Assembly (NCBI GenBank): GCA_043228905.1
Contig: JBHGNT010000006.1
Span: forward strand, 7,068,001 to 7,132,000
Source: Azolla caroliniana
Taxonomy: Eukaryota; Plantae; Polypodiophyta
Reading direction: 5' to 3'
Length of the DNA: 64,000 bases
Shown here: positions 1 to 14,625 of the stretch, one piece after another
Layout: every line of letters starts with the position of its first letter
How positions within the stretch are numbered: position 1 is the first letter of the stretch
Program-made: the position numbers and the translations under genes
The notes under the pieces: model-generated
What the model was told of the DNA's origin: nothing
The model's database searches: none
The model's input: the letters and a program-made list of their open reading frames with translations, nothing else

Positions 1-1471
1 CAATGTTAGCCCTTCCCAAACTCATCTCTTTGTAGCACCATCACTTTATCTCTCCAGTATATAATCATAAGCATAGTTGATAATTATGTTTATCACTATC
101 CTTAGCCCTATTGTTAGGATATAATCATATCAAGGATCCGGTTTCTACTAATCTACACACTTCTACAGCCCACAACATAAAAAGGTTGAAGTAACGTTTT
201 ATTTTAGTCCAATTGATGTTCAAATTGATGAAAAAATCTTTCTTTGAAGCTACATTGTCCAACATAAGAACAAATAAGATTTCTTTGAAGCTACACTATC
301 GAACACCATAGCAAAACTTTCTTCCAACCACATGACCATGTTTCTTACTCTAACCTTTGAATGATTCTCACCTTCAACATGATATCCTACAACATATAGT
401 TTTTGGCAATAGTTGTAGATTCTTGAAATTGAGAGTTTAGTAGTCATCCAGATCAATAATCATTCGTGATCTACAAAACCATGATTACTTAAAATAAAGT
501 ATAGACTGAGGAGACGTGGATTAAGTTATAGATAGCTATTAACAATGATCATGTTGCTTATGGATCTATTAGTTTAATTATCATTGCAGAATTGAGCTTT
601 ACAACAAGGGCAACTAAATTGCAATTGAAAAGGTCCCACTCGAAAGACAATATATGGTAGCTTCATCATTGTCTAAGGCTAAGAAATTGTCATAATCAGA
701 GATTTCTTAGAATCACAAATTGGAGCAATAGCTAGAAGCCAGAGACTAGCAAGTAGATCAATGCTTGAGCTGAAACTGTTGAAATGAAATATAAATTATC
801 CAGATCCTTAATATCATGTTATAGCATATACCCAAAATTATCAAATGCAAATCCCATTTGAGTAGTGTCCTCACCGCATGTCCAAGTAACTTATGTTCAT
901 CCACTCAAAAAGCGTGAAATATATTAGCACTACCCATAATCAAGAATCCTTTATTAAGATTTTACGACCCATGCAAATCATTTGCAACTGCCCAAACGTC
1001 TCGTTACATTGCAGTGTCAGCAAATCCAACTCAACCTTCCATAGTTGGCATTGATTCACTAGCAACTTGATCAGTAATTCAATCATCAGGTAATGCATTG
1101 AACAATAAAAACAGTAAGGTTGAAGTGTAAAATTAGTTATGACGAAATGTGAGGAATCACTCGATTAGTGAAAGCATGATAATGTTGATAAAGAAATTCC
1201 CTCAGATAAAGTTGCCTATATAGTCTCTTTGATACTCGGGAGTAAATGAAAAATGCATAAAGCATGATAATGTTAATAAAAAAATTCTCTTAAGATTAAA
1301 TCCGACTATATAATCTCTTTGATATTTGAGACTAAATGAAAATTGCATATATGCTTTTTCATTTTCTGACTAGAACAATAATCATGAGGACAGTCCATTG
1401 TCCTTGTCAGCCAAAGCTGTGTAGAGAAGATAGGCACAACAATCATTACAAGTACTTCTGTAAAGTTGCAG

Positions 1472-4232
1472 CTACTTCGACTTTCTTGATTCTGATGAAA
1501 AATCCTCTAGTAATGTTTCAACATCGTGACGGAAAATGTTGTCGACTAGGTAACCATCTTTTGTAAACCTAACCAAAAAATAAACTACTTTATAAATTAT
1601 TATGGAGATGTTCTTGAGTAATTCAGTTCAAATTCTAGTTTAGAATGGAAACCAGAGAAGCAAAAACAAATAATGCAAATAATCCATACAGCATCATGTA
1701 TATGTGTGTGTGTGTGTGTATAAGAGTATGCATACACATAAATATATACCTGCATATATGTACAATATGTATGTATCCATATGTTTGTATGAGTAAATGA
1801 ACATGCGTGTATTATGTAAAGAAAACCAAAATACCAATTCAATTTAAAATATGGTCAGTAATATTTCTAGGCCGAAGGAAAACTAGAACCAAAAGTACGT
1901 TTCTCACCACTTTGTAACACTCTTTGTGAACTCCAGGGGAGGATTTGCTGAGACTGATTTAGGGTCAGCACTGGCAATCTCCAATGTGTACAGGTCTGAA
2001 AAACGAGGGAATTTACTTGATACTGCAAGGCCAGTACTACTGAAGGAACCCTGAACAGAAGCGCAAATAAATATCAACATTTATTACAGTGCATCTGAAT
2101 CGCAATGGAAAAGTAAAATACAATGGGACAAACCAAATGAGATGAAAGGAGTAAATGGGTAAAGTTTCATGAACTAACCACTCTCTATGTACTGATATAT
2201 ACACATCATGAAAGGCAGCCTTTCATTAGAATGCAGGGAAAACAATTTGAGGTATTATCAAGACCCTATTATCTTAACATCTATTCATGCTTTGAGAATC
2301 ATATCATATATATGCAAATTCAATTTACTAGTGATTTGATTGGCTTAGGGAACAGAATGAAATCACTATTGTAATAATTTCATCCAATTACCTCAGTTTG
2401 CAATTTAAATGATTCCTGCTGTAAGGTTTCAACTTCATATCACGCCCATTATAGGATTTCACCCCATTATAAGGGTTTAATCTGCCAATCTCACATTATT
2501 CTAGGGTTTTGTCAACTAGAATACACTGATTTAGTTTCATCTATACTATTTGGACTAATTTTAGAGGTTTCAAAATATGGTGTCACGCCTTACCAAGAGA
2601 AATCAATATGAGAAACATTGAGAGAAAAGCAATTCATAATGGAGTGCAACTCTAGTCAATGAACGCACTAAACATGTGCTGAAAGAATAGGAATGAGACC
2701 TGAGCATTACCATGCTACCTTATACTACATGTGCACAAAAAATCATCCACATGCTAGGAATATGGATAGAATCACTCACATATACACATAAAAGATTATA
2801 CTTGTACGGGCATATGCAGCTTCTTAAGATATTATCATGCCAGCACATCTCTATCATAAAGATTCAAGATATTTACCTCTTGAATCTTTATGGTTTTCAC
2901 CACTCAAATATGTAATATAATCATGATAGTATGCATATAATGTCTCACTTTACATGTATACAGGTATGTAACTTCAATATGCATATATAAGCTTAGAGGT
3001 GTGTGTATATGTGTAATATATGTGTACATTTTCATTTGTATATGCACCATTGTGATATGCACATACTTGTGAATGTGAATTTAGAATGGTTCAAAAGACA
3101 AATGTTCTCTACTGAAAACCGAAAATTTGCATACAACTCAATGAGATTAAAGTTATATACAACACACAGTTTAGTTGTTTTCTTTAAAAACCTGATAACT
3201 TAATATATAATATACAATCATATTTTATGTGGAAATACCTGTAGAGGATGCGTGAAAAGGATATAGTTCTTCTCCTTCACAAACATAACAACTTGTAGTA
3301 CGACATGGAGCAAAATGAATGTAAGTACTGTCAAGGAAACTCAGAAAACCAAATCTTCTCATAATCTCTGATAGTTCACATTGACAAAGACAACAGCAAC
3401 AGATCATTATTCCAATTTCCTTTCGAAAGGGAAATTTTTGAAAAAGAAAACGTATATAAATTAGTAGAATGCACCACCTTTTTTACCAGTGTCAATAATA
3501 CACCCTAATATGAGGTAGAATACAAATATTTCACCCAAATTAATACGGCCTTTGGAACAAAATAAATATATATCTCTATCGCAAGAAGGAAATTAAAATT
3601 TGTAAATCAATATTGCCCCAAAATAATACCATTTTTAAAACAAACAAATAAAAATGTATGAAAATACCTCTTTTTATGCACAAAAACTAGAGCAAAAACA
3701 GAATAAAAGGATATATGACGATGCACCAAATGAGCACAATTTTATTTGAGGGTGATTTCTTTGGGTAGAATTGAGCAAAAAGAGCAAGGGCACATGTGAG
3801 CAATCCTATGCCCATTTTCACATTGCTCAAGCTCACATTCTCTGAATAGCCCTTGGATAATATAATCTATATTCAACAGAATTACAAAAATAACTGTGGT
3901 TAAATTAGGAAAAATAATTTATTTATTTTTTTAAAACTGATTTTTCCACACTGCTCAACCAAACATATTCTGAGCAACGCTTAAACGAATCAATTGTTTC
4001 GCACAATAAATGATTAAGGAAATAACGAAACTTTCCTGAATCAAATCCCTGAAAGATTCATACAGATCGCAGCTAGTAGAAACGACAGAAGCAGTAAGAT
4101 TTACTAAAACGGAAGAAAAAGGGGAAGCGTTATCACCTCTGTGACGGTATCGTCGAGGGTTCTTTTGAGAGAGTATTGATCTAATATGTTGGCTTTCTTG
4201 GGCTTCAGGGTCTGTCCCTTCGACGACGCCAT
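1472..4232 (-). CDS. SPCS2: Signal peptidase complex subunit 2 (SPC25), 5 exons, ~189 aa
   Basis: Exons 4137-4232, 3715-3866, 3239-3320, 1908-2050 and 1472-1568 join in frame (570 nt): MASSKGQTLKPKKANILDQYSLKRTLDDTVTE/IILSKGYSENVSLSNVKMGIG...FAQFYPKK.../KEKNYILFTHPLQ/GSFSSTGLAVSSKFPRFSDLYTLEIASADPKS...FTKSVTKW/FTKDGYLVDNIF...SRKSK*. This matches plant SPC25 motifs. Confidence 0.93.
3321..3714 (-). other. U12-type (minor spliceosome) AT-AC intron in SPCS2
   Basis: 5' site /ATATCCTTTT at 3714, branch motif TTCCTTGAC at 3338-3330, 3' AC/ at 3322-3321. Removing the intron keeps the frame (GTC AT|A TTC). Confidence 0.9.
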
Positions 4233-7200
4233 AGCTGTTCTGACTCTGTACCTCTCTCTCTCTCTCTCTCTCTCTTGAGAACAGAGAAGAAGCAAAGGCC
4301 CAAAAAATAAGACAAAAAAAATGTGAGTGAGTGAAATGCTTTCTTTTTCACATCTAAAAGAAATGAAGAAGAAGAACTTAAAAGAGTTTAACATGAGGCT
4401 TTAGACTTTGGACCCACAAATCCATCCATTCATCATGCATATAAGAGGCAGGTGTCTAGATGAGATGTCTTTCTCGGAACATAATTTCTACAACTGAATT
4501 AGGTGACCTCTTTCGGACATGTATGTCGCTCTCTGTCCGGGCCCAACCTTCGGCTCGTACCCTCATTTCTGTAGTGCAATGTGTCACGACACGCATCCAA
4601 ATCCTCCTGGTTCGCACCATCGATGTGATTGTGGTCGTTACTACCCCTCGCAGCTTATTCTCACCCTGATATTCTTATCTTTGGGTGCTTTGAGCTTCAC
4701 TAATGCCCCCCCATACCATATACAAAACACCTCCTTACACCTCCCTCTCCACCTTGTCATCGATTTTGACACCCTTGATACATATAACACATCTCTGTGC
4801 TCCATGCGCCTTGTGTAGCCTAGAACAACAAAGTTATATTATAGAATATCTCTATCTTAATTCTTCTCCCTTTCAAAGTTGAGAAAGAGATGCATGCCTT
4901 TTCACCTCTCTTGTATTTTTCATGGTTGTGATTCGTGACTAGCTTCCATGCGCACGCCAACATACTATGATAGGTAATATCAATCGGACATTGATACGGC
5001 AAAACATAATTGAATTGCAATTGTTAATTAGCACTCATCAACTAGCATGTCAAATGGCCCTATTCATGGTCATTCCCTACACCTTCCTCTCCACCACTTC
5101 ATGTATATGAGCCCTGTCACGTATCAATATACCAATGCCATTTTCGAAACAATGAGAAAAATATGTCAAGTCAGAAAAGACACTCCTTTTTCCTTTAAGG
5201 TATATAAAATAGTTACTTTGATCAACCTTGGCATATTTTTATCGTAAACATTATTGAATTGAGGAGAAAGCGTAGGAGTAGGGAGGATCATTCATGTGAA
5301 TCGAATAACAAGGTTCAAAACGCCTATAAAATTATTGGACTTGTTTTGGCTAATGACCATTAAGGACATTTTATGTTTCTAATGAGCATAGTTCTTTTTT
5401 TGTAAGCGGTTCTTTTTTATCGTGAGATAAGGATGCTAGCTCTTGTTAAATTTCCCCTCTATCATGGTGATCTTTTTTATAGAGAGAAAAAGATGCAAAT
5501 AATATTATTGTTTGCATAGTTCTAATTTGGTATTTAATTTCAACAAACAATTTACCTTACCAAGAAAACTTCTCGTGTGATTATCCATCCTCTCATGAAC
5601 TAGTATTCAATGCCCACTCTAAAGTTGTTGAATGCATCAAGTGATGGTCAAGCTTGAGAAATTTTGACTTTGATTTTAAACATTCATATGAAAAGGAAAT
5701 TAGAATTCAGTAAGTAATATCATACCAAAAACATGTTCATCACATATATGTTTTTACTTTTACTATAGAATATAATCCAACCATATTTTTGGAAAAGACG
5801 TGCTATGAAATGCTCCATGCTATCAATTTTCAAAGATGAAAGAAATGAAGCAAAAACATGGAAAATTATGAGAGATGTTTGCCGTACAACTGCAATTTTT
5901 TAATAAAACTCTCAAATCATAGCATTACCATCCTAGAATGGCAAAGCTCGATGTGAAACACAAGTGCTTTAGATCCAAATTTAGTTAAGGACAAGCACAT
6001 TTATGTGTGTGATTGGCAAAGGCCAGATTGCTAAAGCAAAAGAGAAGAGAGAAAAATATACCCTAGATTTTGTCATCGTTAAGTTAATGACACATGAGAC
6101 ATTAAATTTTACGACACTTCAGGAAAATTAAAAAAAGTTATTTCCGTCAACCCTCGCATTGCTAATCTCATACGCCAAAATGGTATGAACCACCATAGAT
6201 TTTGGTCCTAAGTCGCTATCAAAAAGGTAGTGTGTGTGTTCCATGTCTCAATAGGATTACCAATCTATATTCTGATTTTGCACTTCATGTCCCTACAAAT
6301 CACCTGCAAATAGCAAAATTGCAAAAGAACCAAAACATATTTCTCTAGAGACGAGAATGTTTCTTTCTGGGAATCAAGCATTCAAATGGTTTGAAATAAC
6401 CTTTATCTTTTGTTCTCAAGACATCATTTTGTTTCCTTGGATTCTGAGAAAGTTTAGTTTTGAGCACGACGATGCAACAAAAAACACCCTTTTTTTTCTC
6501 TCTTTTTGTTTTGGTAGGCGGTTCTGGATCGATCAAAAAGCCTATTGAGGAGACAAATATTAGGCAAATGGCAGTATATATCACCACGTTTAAGCCTTAA
6601 AGCAGGGGCTCACATCATTTTCAATCACGCAATTAATGTCTGCTACAAGAAGAGAAGGAATTGCTACCTCAAAAACTGCGTATGATTAAGAATGAGAATA
6701 GAATAGAATCAACAAGATCAATAATGTACCATAACACCGGAAAACGGTTAAAATGCTTGCCATACACAAATTCTGAGAGTAAATGTACAGTTAGAAGTGG
6801 TGGAGACGCTAGCCAGCACCATCAGAGGAACTGAAGCTCAATTCAATGAAGAGAGTTCCAAAATTAGGCTATTGACTACTCCTCCATTGTGTAACAGCTC
6901 TTTCGCCAATCCCACTTGAACAAAACTCAATTGCCATGGCTTCTCGATTGGCATGGCTTTCAATCATCTATCTACACAACAAGGCTGTCAACAAAAATAC
7001 CGTGTCTTTGTTCGCAACCGTCCATCCACCGTCGGTGTTTAAGGGTTAGGTTTTGCAAATACACGCCCTAAAATGCGTATATACATACTACCACCATTCT
7101 GTTCAAGAGAACTTATACCCAGCCATTGCCTTCTTTTGGGGCAAGTGTTAGGGGTAGGTTTCCTGATACACCTAAGAAGATCATTACAGTTTCAATTGTG

Positions 7201-7615
7201 CTACTACCTGAAATTTGATCCAGAGAACTGAGTACCAAACACTCTTCACTGTTTGCAGCAGGATTGGGGTTAGGATTACCGATTAGGAACACCTATGAAA
7301 GTGTACATGCTTCAACTTCAATGCTACCAAAAGTTTCGCATGAGAACTGAGATCCAATCAGTGCATTACAGCAGTACCATTCCCAGTTTAACTCGGATTC
7401 AGGTTAGCGTTAGGGTTAGGGGTTAAGGTGAAAGGTGAAAGGTTAAAAGCTGAGTTAGGAATCAGGTCTAATGTTAGATTAGGGTATAAGACTTACGGAC
7501 ATCGAAGAAGTTCATTGCTCTGCAAAAAAATTGAGATCCACTGCCGTGTTAGAGAAATCAGCAGCATTCCCTGAGCATTAAGCTCTTATGAATTCCAGCT
7601 GACACCAACTGAGTC

Positions 7616-10600
7616 TCAGAACCCTTCTGGTGCACCTACTTCCAAAAATGATGGTTTCTGCTGATAGATAAAGATTGGGAAGATGAACTAATCATGAAAT
7701 CTTGATGTTATGATGAATCAATGACACATATTGAATGATAAAATGAAAAATTGTGGAATACCTGACCCCCCATTTCAGGTTCATTTGAATGAAAAAGAAT
7801 TGGTCGACACCGCTTATCCTCATTCATGAGGCTCGAATTCTGAAAATGAACTACGAGTGCAGCTTTTCCCTGTATGCGTGCATATGCTAATGAGGCCACC
7901 TTCTCGCTGTTGAACTTGTCCCACTTCTTCCCACTAAAATTCTGTGCCTCCCAAACAAAACACAGAAAAACAAGATGGAGACTCACTCAGTAAGCCATAT
8001 TTTAGTCTTAACAAAAAAAAATGAAAGATGATGAGGGAAAGAAAGGAATGGAAGAGACGAGGGTGACAAAGGAGGTAAGAGAGAATTTGTAATGAAGGTA
8101 AGAGAAGTCAGGCGAGGGATAAATGGGCTCTAGAAGAACGTCAAGTGGGAGTAACATGACAGAAGCCTGGGAAGGGGAGCGGTCCTTTTGGCTGGATTAG
8201 GCTGCTCAAATTCCATCCAAATACTAAACATTTTCCTGGGTTTATGGTAATATGATTTGAAGTTTGAACACATGACATGTGCTTTCAACATACATGAGAA
8301 TGTACAGTCAATATACCTGATAAAGCAAAATGATATGCTTCGGAGCTGTCATGTTGATGAATGCATAGCCTACATTGCATTTGTTCTGCGGTAAAAAAGG
8401 CCAAACTCACTTATCAAAATAAAGAAATTTCTCAATAAAAACAAACAAGTTGATGCCAAGGCAGGGCACTTGGCCTAGGAGTTCAAGCCCTTGAACTCTA
8501 TGCCACAATCAACTCTCAATTGCTGTAAATGACAATCACTCCCCACTAATCAAATAAACATTAAAAGGGTATCCTACCTTAAAATCGATGGGCAAATATA
8601 AGAAGTCATACATTCCACAATGATTTTCATCAATAGCAGCTAGAAGCATCTTCGATGTGTACCTGTAAAGTTGAAGTCAGCACCCACGATGCTATGAATA
8701 AATTTACTTAAAAACTTTGCCGTAAATATGCATTAATTAAACTCAAGGAATAGAGATCAGTATTGAAAGATACTTATTGGGAATATTCTTAATCATGAGG
8801 GTCGTTCGGTTATCTTCACCCCGCAAGATATGATCAAGATTGAGTTGATACTGGTTCTTGGTGTCTACAACCCCCAGAGCTGTACTGCTTTCAGCCCGGC
8901 GAATACACCCATGCTCAAAACCAAGCATATCAAATGAATTTTCCATCACTATCCCACTAGTTGGAAGTATGAGGCTTCTATGAGGAGACATTAACCCCGT
9001 GCTAATACCACTCTTAGACAGACCATTCGCACCTAAACTTCTGCCCGAGTTTACATGGTGTTGGCCACTACCCAAGCTTGACATTGGGTTAATCCCAGAG
9101 GCTCCTGGAACATTGATTGCTGCAGCTAAGCTTGAAGAAAAATAACCGGTATCAGGGGTCTCATGACGAAGGTAGGCATATTGCCTCTCCATAAGGGAAA
9201 GTTCATCTGATGGAGCAGATCCAACATGACCAAATGGCCATGCAAGTTCCTCGGTATTGAGATGATGACAATTATCTGTTATCATCCTTGGAATTTCAGT
9301 AACGTGACCTATGGAACTCGTAAACACGTTATAAGCATCTCCTCTTTTGAGGGTATGGCTCATTGGAGATGCATTAGGCCATATCACTGACGGCACATTC
9401 TGCTCACAACATTTGGAATTTCCCCATAGAAACTGAGAACTTGATAGAGACCCCTTTCCTTGAGCATGTTTGAATGAAGAAACATCGATGTTGTTTCCCA
9501 GGATCGGGAAGCCTTTGTTGTTGTTGGGCAGAATATGTGGAAGCACATGGCCTGAAATAGATCTAGTTGGCATAGGTATATGTGTAGGTAGATTATAGAA
9601 CGGAATTGTTCCATTCCTATACTCTGGTAAAGAGTGGGCATGGTGTGATGGAACCCGTTCACCATCCAAAACCATATGACGAGCTGATAAATCCCCATCA
9701 CATGAATTGTTGCACCCACGAAGACCTTCGATTGTTGTAACACGCGTGGGATTGGAATGCAGTGAACTAGGCAAGCTTGGTGGAGGTTTGTTCATTGAAT
9801 GTAAGGTCTTTCCATTTGAAGGATTTGAAGACCAAGATAGACCATTCTCCATTGATTTGCCAAAATGTCCCCACAAAGGAAGATGACCTGACTTCTTCCA
9901 AATCAGTTTCACATGAACAAAGATAGCTCGAAAAAAGGACCTAACTTCGACAATTCACAAGTATAGTAGCAGATTCAATATACATTTACCTGGAGGTGAA
10001 CTGGACACAGGTGGACTTGATTGTTGCCAAAGCAACTGAGCATCATCTTGTTCCGGATCCAGGCTTATGTGCTGCATCAAACTGTACCCAAAAGCCAATC
10101 ATCAAACGAGATATTGCATATATATATAGCAAAACTACTCTACACATGCATCTAAACATACAGATATATACAAATATATCTACCTACCTATCTATCTATA
10201 TATGTGTGCATGTGTGTCTGTATGTACATATATATACATATATAGACAAATAGAAAGATAGAAAAACAAGGGAAAACTTTGGCAGGGGCCACCCTTAAGA
10301 TAAATCCATATTGCAGTTGTGGAAGAGAGAATTTAAACAAATGATGATAAATAACAAAGCAATATTACAAGAGAGAAGCGAAAGAGACAGAGAGAATGGG
10401 AAGGTTTAATACAACATTCAAAGTAAAATCTCAAAGTGTTACAAGTTAGCTTTGATTATTAGAAGTGACCATTTGATAGCCTTTCTTGACTCTCAAGGCA
10501 AACTTGTTAGAAACCTTACTTGGACAATATGCTCTATCACAAAGGGGTGTGAGAGAGAGTTAGTTCCATCAAGGGACTTTAGAAACCTTAGGAAGACCTT

Positions 10601-12921
10601 TGGATGTGTGAGAGAGAGAGAGTTAGCTAAATCTACAGACTTTACAGATATATAGATACTACAGATTTCATATTATTCCAAGATGTCCTCCACGATAGTG
10701 GGATGCGATAATGGAGACAATTACATTACAAAAATGTGTAACAAATATTTCATTCCCAATCTCAGACTAGATCCATTATATTAAGTTATATCAAATCATG
10801 GTTTAGAAACTAAATACACTAAGCTGGAAAATGCTCATTTTGAGACATGATCAAGCAACAATATGCAAATATTCCTCCTTAATAGATGTTTACTGACATT
10901 AATTTATATCTAAAATATATATACAGAATAAAACAAGGGAATGATATTACTTATATAATAAAGAAAAGAAAAAAGAAATCACATAAAAAGAGAATAATGA
11001 GCAAATCAATAAAATGAAAGAAATCAAACAAGAAAATGAGGAATTAGAAATTCCTAAGTTCTAAACAAGAAAAACGGGGTAAGTTACATATTGCTGTTTT
11101 TTCCAACAATAAAAAGAGCGGCAGGCAGTGCCCTGAAAACAAGTGTATGTGTATTTTTAGTAGAACCTGGTAACATAAAAAACATGTAGTAAAAACATGT
11201 TACAAATACCTCCGTCGTGCCCCACCCGGCCTACTCAGCTCGAGCTTTATCCGTTTTCCTGCGATCTCGCTCCTATTCAATGCTATCAGTGCTGCTTCTG
11301 CTGCCCTAACATCATAAAACTCAACGAATTTGTGGTGACGCTTGTGGGGAGTCCCCCTTATCTGATAAAAACTTTCAACATAAGATCCAGGGTACACCTA
11401 TAATAGGGGGGGGAAAAGAGAATAGAGCTCTTACTTCTTTCACTTCTCCATATTGACCAAATATATGATGAAGGTCATCGTTAGAGACACACGCATCCAG
11501 ATTAAAGACAACTAGTGTCCCTTGATTAATATCCTTGTCAGAGGGATTGTCCTACACATAAAAAGCTTGGTAAGCCACTCTCCAGTTTTGCACACATTTT
11601 GTGCTCTCTGAAATCAGCACCTAGTACCTTAGGGATGGAGAAGTGAATATCGAGTTTCCTACGCCGAAGTGGCTTGTTTTGAAGTGCACGCATGGCACTC
11701 CGAGCAGCACGGATGTCATAGTATGATATCATAACAAAGCCTCGATGTTTGCAAGCAGTATATAGAGTCCGTATATCACCATAATGCTATTCGAAGAGAG
11801 CATCAACAACCATAAAATTCCACGTTACTACAATAAAGGAGACCTAAACAAGAAGTGACACAAAAAGGTAACTCCTGTGTGTGTATACATACGTGTGTAT
11901 ATATGTAAGAATACCATTTAAAGCGGTTATACAGATATTGAATAGGAGAAGAGTGCATCACAAAGAAATGACTCATATTTATATGTAAGGTATGTGTGTG
12001 TGTATGCATATGTATACAGAAGACTACCATTTAAAGTGCATTTCATTCACGAAAACTACTGTAAGGGAGTTTTTCACACAGGAACTTGAACATGAGTGTG
12101 GCATACAGTGGCCTTAAATATATTTTTCATGAAATGAATGAATTACCTCAAAAAGAGTTTGGAGCTCTGAATCTTCCACGTTGCTGTTTATGTTCCTAAC
12201 AAAAAGTGTTCTTGAAGGATGTTCTCCGTACGGATGTTCTCCAATCACAGAGGGCAGAGCAGTATTTGGACCAACCCCAACTCCATTATACAATCCATCT
12301 GCCATCTTTGACCCATTCATATGCATACCGATACCTTCTTGAATTTCACCATCCATCTCCAAGCCACCAAGATTACTGAAAAGGTCAAAATCTTCATTCT
12401 CTTCTCCATTTATTTTAGTACCAGTTATACTGAATGTGTTGAAACCGGCCGAAATCCCAGCTAAAAGCTCTTCTTCATCATCAGGTAGAAGATTACCAAT
12501 GGCTTGTGAAGCCAAATCTTCATCGAGAGGTTCAAGGATGTCTTCCATGCCAGATTCAACATTCAGGCCACTAACTCGACTATAATTAGATGATATCTCC
12601 ACTGTATGCCAAATAGTCATAGTTAGAAAACTTTTGTCTTAACAAAAACAAAATGTATCAAACTACTGTAAAGACCAGCACAAACAACACAAAGGTAACA
12701 TGGATACATTGATCATCCTTACCTTTATTGTGAATTGAGACTGGTAATGAGGTCGAAAAAAACTTCAAATCAATGGCATCATTAAGATAGGAGTTTGAAT
12801 GTTTTGGGGCCTCATTGTTTGTTCCATTTATGTGAGTTACGTCAGCTCCCCTGCTCCAATCAAGGGAAGCAAACCTCGAATTGTATACATGTGCAAACCA
12901 TGTATCCACGTTGCCACCCAT
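7616..12921 (-). CDS. AML: MEI2-like (AML) RNA-binding protein with three RRMs, ~11 coding exons
   Basis: RRM1: GEHPYGEHPSRTLFVRNINSNVEDSEL / MISYYDIRAARSAMRALQNKPLRRRKLDIHFSIPK. RRM2: DNPSDKDINQGTLVVFNLD / IRGTPHKRHHKFVEFYDVRAAEAAL. RRM3: EDNRTTLMIKNIPNK/YTSKMLLAAIDE..YDFLYLPIDFK/NKCNVGYAFINM/KKWDKFNSEKVASLAYARIQGKAALVVHFQNSSLMNEDKRCRPILF. Start (12921) and stop (7616) are best estimates. Confidence 0.92.
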
Positions 12922-13999
12922 TCTTCAGATGAATGCGATATTTTTGAATTTAAATGCTTCTAAGATACGTGAACCGCATCTGATCTCAGAATGATTACAA
13001 CAAAGAAACAAAATCAAAATTCCTCTTCAGAAACTTCATATAATAATCTTGTCAATTCACACAAGCCGACTATATGTCTAATATCATTGCCTTTCTCTGA
13101 GAATTGTGTACACATGTAGTTCCATGTGTATAGATACTTAATAGGTGCAAATATACCCATCATGTTCACACGACTTAGATGATAAAAGCATAGATGAATT
13201 TGTATGCATCATAAACGTATGTGACTGCATTTATGTTTCTAATTCATAATATTCACAAATTAGGAATTTTAGCAACATCAATGAATTTAATTTCTTACGA
13301 CCAATGCATGTAATTACTAATTAAACTTCATTGACAAGTAATCATGTGTATGCTCATAATAGAGCAATTCACATTGACCGTTTCTGATGCAAAGGTATGA
13401 TATTCATAACACAGACTATCACGTCTATCAGTAAACGCATAAAGCAAAAACGTCCAAAACTTTATGTGATTTCTTTGCAGTACATCTAAATGCTGTGTTT
13501 TTATATCAGATCAATGATCTCTAACAACAACAAAATGAATTAAACACCAACATGAGTGGGCCAAAATGTACATAGATATTAGACATTGATTCTGATCTAT
13601 GGTCTCATCTAACCATATATATAGATATTATATATATGAACATACTCTAATACCAAGTTATATGAAGAAAATGAATAATAGGTTCTGCCTCTCTCATTGA
13701 TTTGAATAGTTATTGCTTAAAAGAAACATACAAGTACTCATCATATAATGTGTAAAATGCAGGTTTCGATAGGTTAATCCACTGATGTTTGCTTGTAGAT
13801 TTTCTGTAAGAAATGGAATAAATAATAAACAGAGGATTGATGATGAATATGAGCTAACGGTATCTCATCTTAGCTTGACATAAGGGGATTCACGAGAATA
13901 ATTTCGAAGGTTTGAATATATAATCCGTTGATAAAAGAAGAAGAAGAATGAAGTGGATTAAGGAAGCTTTAAAATGAGAAGAAGAAGAAGAATAAGGCT

Positions 14000-14115
14000 T
14001 ACTTCGATCCATTGATCGAGAAGAATAAGAATGGTAAATAAACTTCACTTCGATCCATTGATCAAGAAGAATGAGAATGGTAAATAAACTTCACTTCGAT
14101 CCATGGATCAAGAAG
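14000..14115. repeat. 46-bp tandem repeat (~2.5 copies) in the AML 5' leader
   Basis: cttcgatccat(t/g)gatc...gaatggtaaataaacttca recurs at 14002, 14048 and 14094. Confidence 0.85.
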
Positions 14116-14625
14116 ACAGAGAAATAGAAATACCAAGTAATAGGGGGGGGGCGTTGTCAGATATATAATATCAGAGAAACAATGAATGTGAATGTGGTGC
14201 GTCTGTACACACACACATATACATATACATAGTGATATATATATATATACATTATACATATATATCACGTGAACTCTGGATGGACAGAAAAGAAAGCATA
14301 AGGATAGATTGAATTTAAGAATGCCTAGCTAGGTATTAGGTAGAATAAAATAAAAAGGTAAGTTTTGTATAAGATTAAATAAAAAGAACCAATCACGGAT
14401 GAATTGTCTCTTACATCAATCACGACTTGGGGAAAGGGGGAAGGCAACACACACACACACACACAGAGTAAATGCAAGAAAAGCTTACAGAGGAAGCAAG
14501 GTCAGAGGAACAGAGTAAAACAAAACATACAATACATATTGATATGCGCAGGACAGAAGAATAGAGAGAGTAGAAACTGATACATATAAGCGCTCAAACA
14601 GCAGGGGCCAAAAAAGACATCTTAA

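Noticed and set aside
3255-3264. Second ATATCCTTTT (U12 donor-like) in SPCS2
   Set aside because: It lies inside exon 3 and encodes the conserved KEKNYILFT segment. The exon ends at a normal CAG|GT.
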